DNA from: a virus
Taxonomy: Duplodnaviria; Caudoviricetes
IMG/VR virus record: IMGVR_UViG_3300032004_000002
Coordinates: 20,725-84,724 of that record
DNA length: 64,000 bases
Strand: one strand, 5' to 3'
Position numbers and translations under genes: made by a program
The notes under the pieces: model-generated
Database searches by the model: none
What the model saw: the letters and a program-made list of their open reading frames with translations, nothing else
What the model was told of the DNA's origin: nothing
Shown here: one piece after another, positions 50,718 through 60,508 of the stretch
Layout of the letters: each line of letters opens with the position of its first letter
How positions within the stretch are numbered: the stretch's first letter is position 1

Positions 50718-51182
50718 ATGAAAGAGTGCAAGAAATGTAAAACAATGAAGCTGGAAGAAGATTACTACAAATCTTCCAGCGGATTTGACAGCAGTTGTAA
50801 AGAGTGTCGTAAAGAACGTGTGAGAGCAAATCGCAGAGAAAAGCTTGAATACTATCAGGAGTACGATAGAAAACGTGCAAATAACCCTGATCGTGTGCAA
50901 GCCAGATTGGAGTATCTAGAGACTGAAGCTGGTAAAGAGTCTAAAAAGAAGACTATCCAGAAGTACCTTGAAAGTAATCCAAAGAAAAGGTCTGCACACA
51001 TAGTTACAGGGAATGCAATTAGGGATGGAAAATTGATCAAGGGTTGTTGTGATGTATGTTTAACTGATAACAATATAGTTGCTCATCACAATGATTATGA
51101 CGAACCTTTAGAAGTCACTTGGCTTTGTGCTCAACATCATACAGAGTGGCACGAGTTAAACGGAGAAGGTTTGAATGGTTAA
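50718..51182 (+). CDS. HNH endonuclease
   Basis: CKKC...CKEC, then CDVC...AHHNDYDEPLEVTWLCAQHH. Confidence 0.85.
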   Translation: MKECKKCKTMKLEEDYYKSSSGFDSSCKECRKERVRANRREKLEYYQEYDRKRANNPDRVQARLEYLETEAGKESKKKTIQKYLESNPKKRSAHIVTGNAIRDGKLIKGCCDVCLTDNNIVAHHNDYDEPLEVTWLCAQHHTEWHELNGEGLNG

Positions 51183-51288
51183 TATCCCATTTGCTCCAAT
51201 TGGTCTGCAAGAAGGTCGTATGTTCCTTCATATGATCTAAACACTTAGGATTCAAAGCCAAGGATGGCAATTATTTTAGGAGAGATTT

Positions 51289-51561
51289 ATGCAGCTTACC
51301 GAAACTGAATTGTTTGTTATTATGACTGAACGTTTTTACAACTTTCAAAACTCCCGTCAAGGTGAAGATAAAACAGCGCTTAGTGAAACATTGAAAGCAT
51401 TTGTTGAGTTATTTACAGATGGTCAATATACAATTAAACCGAAACAAGATCCGCAGCCAGCAAACCCACATGCATTACTGCTGTTGAAACTTGCTGAAGC
51501 AACTAAAGCGGGTAATTTGGAAGAAGTAGCTGTATATTCCCAAGCACTTCAACGAATTTAA
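51289..51561 (+). CDS. Hypothetical protein
   Basis: AGGAGAG RBS. Confidence 0.7.
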   Translation: MQLTETELFVIMTERFYNFQNSRQGEDKTALSETLKAFVELFTDGQYTIKPKQDPQPANPHALLLLKLAEATKAGNLEEVAVYSQALQRI

Positions 51562-51574
51562 TTAGGAGATTCAC

Positions 51575-51826
51575 ATGAAAGAGAAACAAGCACTGTTTGA
51601 TCGCACCTACCAATTGGAACAAGAAATCCTCACTCTGCAAGAGGATTTGAAAGAACTCCGTGGTGAATACGTTTACGAAAAAGAATACAATACTGACGGT
51701 TTCCCAAAAGAAGATGTGCAGAAAATCATGAAAGCAGCTAAGGCAAAAGTTAAACAAGATGACTTGAAAGCCAAAGCTGAAGAACTGAATGAAATTCAAC
51801 AGATTCAGGATTTGTATTCTAATTAA
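51575..51826 (+). CDS. T4 DsbA/GapR-like dsDNA-binding protein
   Basis: Short coiled coil LEQEILTLQEDLKEL...G.PK..V.KI pattern. Confidence 0.55.
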   Translation: MKEKQALFDRTYQLEQEILTLQEDLKELRGEYVYEKEYNTDGFPKEDVQKIMKAAKAKVKQDDLKAKAEELNEIQQIQDLYSN

Positions 51827-51834
51827 TATTGAAT

Positions 51835-51858
51835 GGGGCTTCACAGCCCCTTCTCTTT
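51835..51858 (+). terminator. Terminator-like hairpin
   Basis: GGGGC-TTCACA-GCCCC-TTCTCTTT. Confidence 0.55.
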
Positions 51859-51867
51859 GGAGGGGAA

Positions 51868-52935
51868 ATGACCAGACAATACACTGCTTATGTTGATATC
51901 GACACTCTCATCATTCACGCAGCTCTAGCCGGACAAGAATCATCTGTCCTAGTTACGCACAAAGAAACAGGTTGGACTAAGATGTTCAAGAATCAAACCT
52001 TATTCTTTGGGCACTTTAAAAAGAAAGAGGGTGGTTGGCTTGCCGAATTAAACTCAACAAGAGAAGTCAAAGTAAGTCCAGATTCTTTTGAAATCACACC
52101 AATCGTCACAAAGATTGCTGATCAATACACAGACCAAGGCGATGTAATCACTGCTGAAACTGTTGTCAAAGGTCGATTCAAGAATAAGATTGAAGCAATC
52201 ACTAATCAACCTTGGTGCAAAGACTATAAGATTTGTTTTGGAACTGGCGTTAACTTTCGTTATGATATTGCCCAGACACAACCTTACAAGAATGAGCGTC
52301 CTGTAAAACCATTGCTATATGAAACTGTCCGTGATTATATGCTGTGGAAATACAAAGACAAGATGTTGATTGTTGATGGTGTGGAAACTGATGAAATCGT
52401 TACTCAAGAAGTTTGGAAAGGTTGGATCAAAGCTAAAAGAGATTTTGCTAAACTGGATGTTGTAGCTTGTTACATCGACAAGGACATCTCGCAATTCCCT
52501 TGTCTTTGGTATAACTTTGATAAACCGGAATTAGGATTGGTTGAGATTAGTCCTCTAGAGGCTGTAAAGAACTTAGCAGTACAGCACCTGAAGGGCGACA
52601 CGATTGACTCTGTACCCGGACTTCCTAAGTTGCCAGATGAGATGTATGAGCAGTATTCTCTAAGGAAAACTAAGGGTATTGGAGACGCTACGGCTAAAGG
52701 GGTATTGGCATCAGCCAACTCTCCAAAAGAAGTTTTTGAGCGTGTAATTGCTGCATATAAAGGGCATTACGGAGAGGAAATGAAAGAGTTTGTAAGCTTT
52801 CGTGGAGAAGTGTCACAAAGGAATTGGCTGGACCATTTGAATGAGCAATTTAGACTACTGCGAATGCGTACAGATGTGACTAAAGATGTTGGACATGTAA
52901 GAGACTTTCTAAAAGCTATGGAGATTGAAGTATGA
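51868..52935 (+). CDS. 5'-3' exonuclease (T7 gp6/FEN-like)
   Basis: YVDID, NFRY...YK..R, ETDE, IDKD, GDTID.VPGL, GIG motifs; start after GGAGGGG. Confidence 0.88.
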   Translation: MTRQYTAYVDIDTLIIHAALAGQESSVLVTHKETGWTKMFKNQTLFFGHFKKKEGGWLAELNSTREVKVSPDSFEITPIVTKIADQYTDQGDVITAETVVKGRFKNKIEAITNQPWCKDYKICFGTGVNFRYDIAQTQPYKNERPVKPLLYETVRDYMLWKYKDKMLIVDGVETDEIVTQEVWKGWIKAKRDFAKLDVVACYIDKDISQFPCLWYNFDKPELGLVEISPLEAVKNLAVQHLKGDTIDSVPGLPKLPDEMYEQYSLRKTKGIGDATAKGVLASANSPKEVFERVIAAYKGHYGEEMKEFVSFRGEVSQRNWLDHLNEQFRLLRMRTDVTKDVGHVRDFLKAMEIEV

Positions 52936-53279
52936 AAAAGATTACTGAAGAGCAACTGTGGGAATACGTATCCGAAGTTGGTGAATCCGAGAAAGAGTTT
53001 CGTAAATATTCTTCTTTCTACATCACCACCTCACACACTATCCGTCAACCAGATGTAGATGATCTTGCTGGTGAAGGTTTGGATGCAAGTGACTTCTTGA
53101 ATGTACTAGTTAGTCGTAATGGAATGTGGGATGATTCTTGGGGTACAGAGTGGGATAGTAAACCTGAATACTACAAAGTTGAAGATTACGAAGAAGTAGT
53201 TCCAGAAGTTATTATTCCAGAGCACACTGTTACTAAACAACGATATGCAGCATTTAAGCCTGAGTTTGGTGATGAGTGA
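52932..53279 (+). CDS. Acidic hypothetical protein
   Basis: 115 aa, coupled ORF. Confidence 0.65.
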   Translation: MKKITEEQLWEYVSEVGESEKEFRKYSSFYITTSHTIRQPDVDDLAGEGLDASDFLNVLVSRNGMWDDSWGTEWDSKPEYYKVEDYEEVVPEVIIPEHTVTKQRYAAFKPEFGDE

Positions 53280-53799
53280 TCCTTGGCAAATTCCAAATAG
53301 CCCATGGAAAGATGAGAAAGCTTATTTCAACTGGCTACGTAGTAGTATCAGGCGTATGTGGTCACGACATCCAGTTAAAGTGTTGTATAAACAATCTCGT
53401 CGTTACAAGGCTCCAATTGGCAAGGGAAACAAAGAAGTTTGGGTAAGTGACTGCGAAATGTGTGGTAAACAATGCAGAGATAATCAGGTTGATCATTTAC
53501 AAGGAGGTTTTGGATTTAAAGATTGGGAATCTTTTTGTGAATGGTCTAAAATGATTTTATGGGTGACGTTCGATGATATCAGAGAGCTTTGTACTGATTG
53601 CCATGAAGCGGTTACGCTGAGTCAGAAACTCAAAATTGATTTACCAGAAAGCTTCATTGAAAAAGAAGTCATCAAAATCATGAAACTTAAAGCTGCTCAG
53701 ATTGACCAATGGCTTAAAGATCATAATATTGTTACTGCCAAGAATCCACAAGCGCGTAGAAGTGCTATTAGAGAGGTGTTAAAGAATGGATTGGATTAG
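53272..53799 (+). CDS. HNH-like endonuclease
   Basis: LRSSIRRMWSRHP...CEMC...QVDH...LC..CH. Confidence 0.75.
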   Translation: MSDPWQIPNSPWKDEKAYFNWLRSSIRRMWSRHPVKVLYKQSRRYKAPIGKGNKEVWVSDCEMCGKQCRDNQVDHLQGGFGFKDWESFCEWSKMILWVTFDDIRELCTDCHEAVTLSQKLKIDLPESFIEKEVIKIMKLKAAQIDQWLKDHNIVTAKNPQARRSAIREVLKNGLD

Positions 53800-53998
53800 T
53801 GTTGAAGAGGATCTACCCAAGGAAACCCAAGCATATGGCTGCACTACGGATGATGTGTACGTAAAGAACGCTAATTCAGGTTTCGAGGATATTGGATTTC
53901 TTGCGAGAACAACAACGGGCTCAAGATGGTTTACAAAGTGTGGTAAATTTGAACTACACAACATTACGGATTGGAGATATATGAATGAAAACCTTTGA
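53786..53998 (+). CDS. DUF551-like small protein
   Basis: MDWISVEEDLP...ITDWR motif. Confidence 0.6.
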   Translation: MDWISVEEDLPKETQAYGCTTDDVYVKNANSGFEDIGFLARTTTGSRWFTKCGKFELHNITDWRYMNENL

Positions 53999-54117
53999 AC
54001 AACAACATGAAACATTCTGGTCCAACCACTACGCAGCATCTCTTCTTGAAGCTGTGATGTTTGCACAACTTTGGGGAATGTCTCTTTGAGACAAAATTAT
54101 TTGTGGGAGTTTTTGAG

Positions 54118-54396
54118 ATGAATCTTGATGAGATGTACACGAATATTATGATTGAGTTTGAACGTCTTCATGCACGGTTGGATAAGATTGAGGTGAAGGT
54201 TGATAAACCTCTTCAAACTATCTGTATGAGTCCTGATGTAATGATAGGAGCAGAACTTCCTGCAATTAAATCTTTTAAAAGCATTCTCGGGGAGAATCGA
54301 GAACATGCTCGCAAGTTATTCGCAGATATTGTCCCTGCCGATGTCATGGGAATTGGTTCTACAGGAACGCCTCCCGGCGAAGACAAGCTTAATTAA
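54118..54396 (+). CDS. Hypothetical protein
   Basis: GGGAG RBS. Confidence 0.5.
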   Translation: MNLDEMYTNIMIEFERLHARLDKIEVKVDKPLQTICMSPDVMIGAELPAIKSFKSILGENREHARKLFADIVPADVMGIGSTGTPPGEDKLN

Positions 54397-54425
54397 TTTA
54401 TTAGAATATTTGGAGGAGAGAAACA

Positions 54426-55205
54426 TTGACTAAGCACCTATTTATCCCCGATGTACAAGCAAAAGAAGGCGTTCCACTACAACATTTGGAGGCTCTGGGG
54501 AATTATATTGTAAAGAAGCAACCTGAAGTTATTGTAATGATTGGTGATTGGGCTGATATGCCAAGCCTAAGCTCTTACGATGTTGGTAAGAAATCCTTTG
54601 AAGGTCGTATGTACACCAAGGATATTGAATCTGCACGTAAAGCTATGGATGTATTACTTGCCCCACTTAAAGCTTTTAATATGCAACAATCTTTGAATCG
54701 TAAAAAGCAATATAAACCTCGGATGGTTATGTGCTACGGAAACCATGATCAGGGTCGCATTGACCGAGCAATTGAGAATGATCGTAAACTTGAAGGTTTG
54801 ATTTCTGTAGATGATCTTGGTTTTAAAGAATCGGGTTGGGAATGCCACAATTTCTTGGATATTGTAACGATTGATGGGATTCGTTATTCTCACTACTTCG
54901 TGAATCCAAACAGCTTGCTGAAGAACTGCGTTGGTGGTAATGTTGACGCTAAGTTGAAGAACTTGGGCTGGAGCTTTAGTATGGGCCATCAGCAAACCCT
55001 TCAATATGGTATTCAGTATTTGCCCGATGGTATCTCTCGCCAAGGCTTGGTTGCTGGCTCGTTCTACATGCATAATGAAAGTTATATGGGTACGCAGGGA
55101 AATCTTAGTCATTGGCGTGGTGTTGTGATGAAGAATCAAGTGCAGGATGGTAAATATGACCCTTGTTTTATTTCGATTCCTTTTCTACTTGAGAAATACA
55201 TTTGA
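54426..55205 (+). CDS. Calcineurin-like metallophosphoesterase
   Basis: PDVQ, IGDWAD, GNHD, SH and GH motifs. Confidence 0.85.
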   Translation: MTKHLFIPDVQAKEGVPLQHLEALGNYIVKKQPEVIVMIGDWADMPSLSSYDVGKKSFEGRMYTKDIESARKAMDVLLAPLKAFNMQQSLNRKKQYKPRMVMCYGNHDQGRIDRAIENDRKLEGLISVDDLGFKESGWECHNFLDIVTIDGIRYSHYFVNPNSLLKNCVGGNVDAKLKNLGWSFSMGHQQTLQYGIQYLPDGISRQGLVAGSFYMHNESYMGTQGNLSHWRGVVMKNQVQDGKYDPCFISIPFLLEKYI

Positions 55206-55229
55206 CACACCCCTAAAACCCTGTAAACT
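55202..55229 (+). promoter_or_regulatory. sigma70-like promoter
   Basis: TTGACA-16-TAAACT. Confidence 0.6.
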
Positions 55230-55281
55230 ACACAAACGGAACACAGCACAATATGGATGTGCAAAAAGATGGGAGAGAATT

Positions 55282-55497
55282 ATGCAATCAAAAAAGCAAT
55301 CTTTGATTGAAACCTCCACTAATACAATGTTAGGATTAGTGGGGAGTTGGTTGATAACGTATTTGTGTTTACAATTCTTCACAACCGCTGTAGCTATTGC
55401 AACTAGTACAACTTTGCTCTGTACTGCATGGAGTTTGGTTCGCGGCTACAGTGTCAGAAGGTTCTATAATTCAAAAGTAGTAGGAGAGAAAGGATGA
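55282..55497 (+). CDS. Small two-TM membrane protein
   Basis: MQSKKQSLIETSTN...RGYSVRR.YN; start after GGGAG. Confidence 0.7.
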   Translation: MQSKKQSLIETSTNTMLGLVGSWLITYLCLQFFTTAVAIATSTTLLCTAWSLVRGYSVRRFYNSKVVGEKG

Positions 55498-56102
55498 AAG
55501 TTAAACATAGTGTTAGTGGAACAATTTACACAGTTGTTCCAAGTAGTAATAAAGGTAAGTTTTACCTTGAGTGGAATGACGGTCAACAAAGCACAAGTGA
55601 TAACTACACGAAGCATGAGGTTGATCAATATTTAAAAAATGGTACATGGATCTTGATGGAAGAAGAGATGAAGAAGAGCAAATTTCAAGAAGGCGACAAA
55701 GTTATTTCAGTTAAGGATACAAACGATGTACCAGAAGGATTTATTGGGTTCGTTGTAGAAACTGGTCAAGATGTGTTTGAGTATACAGTTGTAAGTAAAG
55801 AAGGGAAGTCAGAGTGTTTTCATGAGGATGAGTTGGAGTTGTTGAGCGTGGGAAATCAAAAAGAAACTAAACCAGATTTAATCCAATCTCCAAAACACTA
55901 TTCAGTATTTGAGAAAGTTGAAGCTATCCAAGTTATTGCAAGCTCGATGACACAAGATCAATTCTACGGTTACTGCTTCGGCAATATTCTCAAGTATCGT
56001 CTCCGCGCTGGTGGTAAGGATGATGTGATGCAAGAGCTTGGTAAAGCTGATCGTTATCAAGGACTGTACAACGAGAATAAACATTTGTGTAAGGTTGGTT
56101 GA
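55494..56102 (+). CDS. DUF3310-domain protein
   Basis: C-terminal IQSPKHY...GNILKY.LRAG.KDD..QELGKA..Y. Confidence 0.8.
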   Translation: MKVKHSVSGTIYTVVPSSNKGKFYLEWNDGQQSTSDNYTKHEVDQYLKNGTWILMEEEMKKSKFQEGDKVISVKDTNDVPEGFIGFVVETGQDVFEYTVVSKEGKSECFHEDELELLSVGNQKETKPDLIQSPKHYSVFEKVEAIQVIASSMTQDQFYGYCFGNILKYRLRAGGKDDVMQELGKADRYQGLYNENKHLCKVG

Positions 56103-56275
56103 TATGTTACATTGCACTGTAGAATCAAGCAGACCAAAAGCAAGATGGGAAGATTACATTAAAACCGAAGAAGATTATGATTTTATTATGTCTTCTGGAA
56201 TGGCATATGTTTACTTCCCATCGATGCCTAATTGGGTTGAGTTTAAAGAATATTTGAATAATAAGGAGAAAGAAG

Positions 56276-57271
56276 TTGAGTAATCAAATATCTGCAAAAG
56301 TAATTGCGCACAGTAAAGCTAAGAATACAGGTAAGGAGATTATTACTTTTGAGCTTGAGTTTCCCCGTATTGTGCTTGCAGAATTTAATACACATAACGC
56401 ACTCAGTAAAAATTCAAGCAGTAGTAGGGCTATTCCTGTACAGACAATGATCCAGCAAGTTCTAGATGAGCCAGCAATGCCAGTGCGGTTTGGTAAAAAG
56501 AATAAAGGTATGCAAGATAGTGGTGAGCATGATCAGGAGGTTGTTCATGTCTTGGTGAAAGAAAATGCTGAATGGGAGGGCGTACCTTACTGGGGGTATT
56601 CGCCAAAAGATGCTTGGAAGCTTGCAGCAAAAGAAGCATCAGATTGGGCAGAGGCTTTCGATAAAGCTGGATATGCAAAACAAATCTGTAATCGTCTGAT
56701 TGAGCCATTCCAACGAATGAAAGTTGTAATGACTGCAACAGAGCTGGCCAACTTCTTTTGGTTGCGTGATCATCCAGCAGCAGACCCAACAATTGAAGCT
56801 TTGGCTAAAGAGATTAAACGAGTATTTAAAGAGTCCACTCCTATTGAACTTGATGTTGGTGATTGGCACGTTCCATATTTTGGCGGTGAAGGTGTTGGTT
56901 ATTGGTTGAAAGGTTGTGGTATTTTACTACAAGATGCTCTTGATATTAGTGCAAGTTGCTGTGCTCAAGTCTCGTATCGCAAGCTTGATGACAGCGAAGA
57001 AAAAGCCAAATCTGTTGTTGAACGTTTGAATCTTGGTATTGATGTGAATGAGCCAATGCATGTATCTCCTTGCGAGCACCAAGCTACACCAATGATTTGG
57101 CCTTATGGTTATTTCTGGATGAATGCTATTAAAGAGTTTGGTGAGGGTGTACAATACCAAGAAGGAACTACGGCGCTAGATCAGCACGGCAACTTCTGGA
57201 GTGGTAACTTGATGGGCTGGACACAATATCGTCATTTGATTCCGGGTAATACTTATAAAGGGGCTTTCTGA
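56276..57271 (+). CDS. thyX: FAD-dependent thymidylate synthase
   Basis: AEFNTH..LSKNSSSSRA signature, LIEPF, LR..P.A, H.SP.EH. Confidence 0.9.
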   Translation: MSNQISAKVIAHSKAKNTGKEIITFELEFPRIVLAEFNTHNALSKNSSSSRAIPVQTMIQQVLDEPAMPVRFGKKNKGMQDSGEHDQEVVHVLVKENAEWEGVPYWGYSPKDAWKLAAKEASDWAEAFDKAGYAKQICNRLIEPFQRMKVVMTATELANFFWLRDHPAADPTIEALAKEIKRVFKESTPIELDVGDWHVPYFGGEGVGYWLKGCGILLQDALDISASCCAQVSYRKLDDSEEKAKSVVERLNLGIDVNEPMHVSPCEHQATPMIWPYGYFWMNAIKEFGEGVQYQEGTTALDQHGNFWSGNLMGWTQYRHLIPGNTYKGAF

Positions 57272-57823
57272 TGGCTTTTGAAAATAACAGTGATTATAGT
57301 GTAGAATATTGGATGGCTGAACTTTCCGAACTTATGGCAGTCAGAGAGGGATTGAAAAAGAGAGAATCGAACCTCCGTGTACTTGAGAATCTTAGTGAGT
57401 TTTTGGGTTATTATGAATTGGGTTTACCAGTAAAGAAAGCTTATTCGTTGTTTTGGAAGGAAGTGTAATATGAGTGATCACAGTCTGTCGTTCTTTGACC
57501 TAGAAAAACTAGATGGTTGGAAAGAAGCTTGGAAGGAACAAGATAAGAAGAAAGTAGAAAAATATTTGTTTGATAACGGAATGGATATTACACAGGAATA
57601 CGATATTCGTGTTTGTATGCATCGAACATTGTGTAATAAAGTTGAGTACGGGCCTAGGTTTGAGGGACAAGAACGTAACTGCAAAGAATGGATTGCAACA
57701 GGAGCGGCTAGTCTTGAAGCGTTTATTAGTTCAAGCAATGATCCATTTTTAGTCGGGGAACTTTTGGGTAAATGTCGTTCAGGGCAATCGTTGATTGTTC
57801 TTGAAGAAGATGAGAATTATTAA
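57271..57823 (+). other. Two hypothetical genes (57271-57468, 57470-57823)
   Basis: Coupled ORFs with RBSs. Confidence 0.65.
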
Positions 57824-57849
57824 TTTTTAAATGTAATTAAGGAGTTTTA

Positions 57850-59868
57850 ATGGACACTGTGGCTTTGCAACAAACATCCCAAGAGATTTGGGAAAAGAAA
57901 TACCAACTAAAAGATGAGCATCAAGCTCCTGTTGACCTTACGATTGAAGATACCTATTCACGAGTTGCTAAAGCCCTTGCACAGCCTGAAAAAGATCCCA
58001 CATATTGGGAAGAGAAGTTTAAGTGGGCGCTGACTAATGGTGCTACTCCAGCCGGTCGGATTATGTCGAATGCTGGAGCCGGTAAGTATAAGCCGGCAAC
58101 TAGCCTAATCAACTGCACAGTAAGTCAGATTGTTGAAGACGGGATGCACGGAATTCTTGACTCTGTATTGCAGGCAGGCTTGACACTTAAAGCAGGTTGC
58201 GGGATTGGTTATGAGTTCTCTACTCTTCGTCCTCGTGGTGCATTTGTAAGTGGTGCAGGTGCGTATACTTCTGGGCCGCTTACTTTCATGGATATCTTTG
58301 ATTCCATGTGCTTCACTGTAAGCTCTGCCGGTGGTCGTCGGGGTGCCCAGATGGGTACTTTTGCTGTATGGCACCCAGATGTTGAAGACTTTATTAAAGC
58401 TAAACGTGAAGATGGTCGCTTGCGTCAATTCAACTTGTCGTTGCTAATTGATGATGAGTTTATGGAGGCTGTTAAAAATAATGGTGAATACAAACTTGTG
58501 TTCCCAGTTAAACAATCTGAAATTGATCGTGGTTTGGTTAATGGTGATTTGATTATCAAGAAACGTTTCTGGGAAAAAGCTTACTGCCTGAAACAAGATT
58601 ACGTAATTGACGAACAAGATAATATCCTTTGCAAAGTTTACAGCACTATCAAGGCTAAAGACTTGTGGGATACAATCATGAAGTCTACATATGATTATTC
58701 TGAGCCAGGTTTCCTGCTGATTGATCGTATTAATGAGTACAATAACAATTGGTTCTGTGAAGAGATTCGTGCAACCAATCCTTGTGGTGAGCAGCCTCTC
58801 CCACCAGAAGGCTCTTGCTTGCTGGGCAGTGTTAACGTAGCAATGTTTGTTATTGATCCATTTACTCCCAGCGCATATTTTGATTGGGACAAGTACAAAG
58901 AAGTTGTTAAAATCTTTACACGAATGCTGGATAACGTTGTAGAGATTAATGGGTTGCCATTGGAAGGACAGCGAGCATCTATTCAGTACAAACGTCGACA
59001 CGGTATGGGGATTCTTGGTGTTGGTAGTGCGCTGTCCTTGCTTGGTGATACATATGGCTCTCAAAGCTCTGTAGATTTTACAGAGGAGCTTATGAAAGTG
59101 ATGGCTGTAGTTGGTTTTGAAGTTGGTGTTGAGCTTGCTGAAGAAAAAGGTTGTGCTCCAATCTTCAACGATACAACCAATGGTGTAAGTAACAAACAGT
59201 TGTGGTGTGATGGCAAGTACATGGCAAAGATTTGGGGTGTTGTCCCTGAGTTGAAAGATAAGGCTTTGCAGTATGGTTGCCGATTCACTCACCATTCATC
59301 TATTGCACCTACAGGCACTATTAGCTTGTCGCTTAATAACAATGCAAGTAATGGTATTGAACCTTCGTTCTCTCACAAGTACACACGTAACGTGATTGTA
59401 GAAGGTAAGAAATCAAAACAAGCTGTTGATGTCTATAGTTATGAGATGTTGTTGCACAAAGAGATTACTGGTGAAGATGAAGTACCAAGTTCTTTTAGCA
59501 CAGCAGATAATGTGACAACTTACGCTCACGTAGACATTCAAGCAGCAGCACAGAAGTGGTGTGATAGTAGTATCTCTAAGACTATTAACGTTCCATCTGA
59601 TATTGCGTTTGATGAGTTTAAAGATATCTATGTTTATGCGTATGACAATGGTTTGAAAGGTTGTACTACTTTCCGCTTTAACCCTGAAGCCTTCCAAGGT
59701 GTATTGGTTAATGAGGCTGATCTTGAAGCAACGTCTTATGTATTTAAGCTTGAAGATGGTAGTGAGCTTGTAGCAAAAGGGAATGATGTAATTACTTACG
59801 CAGGTGAAGAACACTCTGCTGCTAATCTGTACGATGCAATTAAGGAGAACTATTTTGGCAAGTTTTAA
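57850..59868 (+). CDS. nrdJa: Class II (B12-dependent) ribonucleotide reductase, large chain
   Basis: PAGRI, SLINCTV, RRGAQMG, TNPCGEQPL, IAPTGTIS, SISKTIN, LKGCT; ends AANLYDAIKENYFGKF like proteobacterial NrdJa. Confidence 0.85.
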   Translation: MDTVALQQTSQEIWEKKYQLKDEHQAPVDLTIEDTYSRVAKALAQPEKDPTYWEEKFKWALTNGATPAGRIMSNAGAGKYKPATSLINCTVSQIVEDGMHGILDSVLQAGLTLKAGCGIGYEFSTLRPRGAFVSGAGAYTSGPLTFMDIFDSMCFTVSSAGGRRGAQMGTFAVWHPDVEDFIKAKREDGRLRQFNLSLLIDDEFMEAVKNNGEYKLVFPVKQSEIDRGLVNGDLIIKKRFWEKAYCLKQDYVIDEQDNILCKVYSTIKAKDLWDTIMKSTYDYSEPGFLLIDRINEYNNNWFCEEIRATNPCGEQPLPPEGSCLLGSVNVAMFVIDPFTPSAYFDWDKYKEVVKIFTRMLDNVVEINGLPLEGQRASIQYKRRHGMGILGVGSALSLLGDTYGSQSSVDFTEELMKVMAVVGFEVGVELAEEKGCAPIFNDTTNGVSNKQLWCDGKYMAKIWGVVPELKDKALQYGCRFTHHSSIAPTGTISLSLNNNASNGIEPSFSHKYTRNVIVEGKKSKQAVDVYSYEMLLHKEITGEDEVPSSFSTADNVTTYAHVDIQAAAQKWCDSSISKTINVPSDIAFDEFKDIYVYAYDNGLKGCTTFRFNPEAFQGVLVNEADLEATSYVFKLEDGSELVAKGNDVITYAGEEHSAANLYDAIKENYFGKF

Positions 59869-60457
59869 TATTGAGAGTAAGATTGTTTCGGTTGCTTTGG
59901 GTGATAAACTGAAAGAACAGCCTCAATTTGATAAAGTGCTGGTCACAGATGTAAAGCTCCCGACTGATGCTGAAGCACGAGTAAAGACGCTGAAAGCAGA
60001 GGGTAAGAAGTGGTATGTGACTGTTATCTTTCACCCCGAGTCAACCCTACCCTTTGCGTTGTTTTGCAATACAAACAACAAGGAGAAAGGTGCTACAACA
60101 AGTGATGCAACTGAGCGGCTTCTCTCTCTTGCTCGTAAGTCTGGTATCTTGGAAGATCACATCAGTTCTCTTGAAACTAAGATGAATGGTGATAATAACG
60201 TTAACAAGCTTACACGAACAATTAGCTTGCTACTTCGTCACCGTGTACAGATTAAAGATATTGTCTTTACTTTGGATCAAATGGATAACATCTTTGTAGG
60301 GTCTTTCTTGTTCCAGATTAAGAAGTTCCTATCTCAGTATGTTAAAGACGGCGAGAAAGTGGAAGGTGCAACTTGCGGGGATTGTGGCAGTACACACTTG
60401 ATCTATTCAGAAGGTTGCATGGTGTGTGCAGACTGCGGCTCAAGTAAGTGCGGTTAA
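59855..60457 (+). CDS. nrdJb: Class II RNR small chain (TSCPD-like with C-terminal Cys cluster)
   Basis: AAGGAG-7nt-TTG start overlapping the nrdJa end (MASFNIESKIV); tail CGDCG...YSEGCMVCADCGSSKCG. Confidence 0.8.
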   Translation: MASFNIESKIVSVALGDKLKEQPQFDKVLVTDVKLPTDAEARVKTLKAEGKKWYVTVIFHPESTLPFALFCNTNNKEKGATTSDATERLLSLARKSGILEDHISSLETKMNGDNNVNKLTRTISLLLRHRVQIKDIVFTLDQMDNIFVGSFLFQIKKFLSQYVKDGEKVEGATCGDCGSTHLIYSEGCMVCADCGSSKCG

Positions 60458-60471
60458 CAATTTAAACTTCT

Positions 60472-60495
60472 AGCCCGCCTTGTGCGGGCTTTCCT
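60472..60495 (+). terminator. Rho-independent terminator
   Basis: AGCCCGC-CTTGT-GCGGGCT-TTCCT. Confidence 0.65.
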
Positions 60496-60508
60496 AGTTA
60501 GGTGAGAA

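Noticed and set aside
58444-59295. 283-aa minus-strand ORF, plus similar antisense ORFs over the primase and polA
   Set aside because: Antisense to well-supported genes; a codon-bias artefact
59804-59854. Possible frameshift fusion of nrdJa and nrdJb
   Set aside because: A clear AAGGAG RBS and TTG at 59855 explain independent initiation
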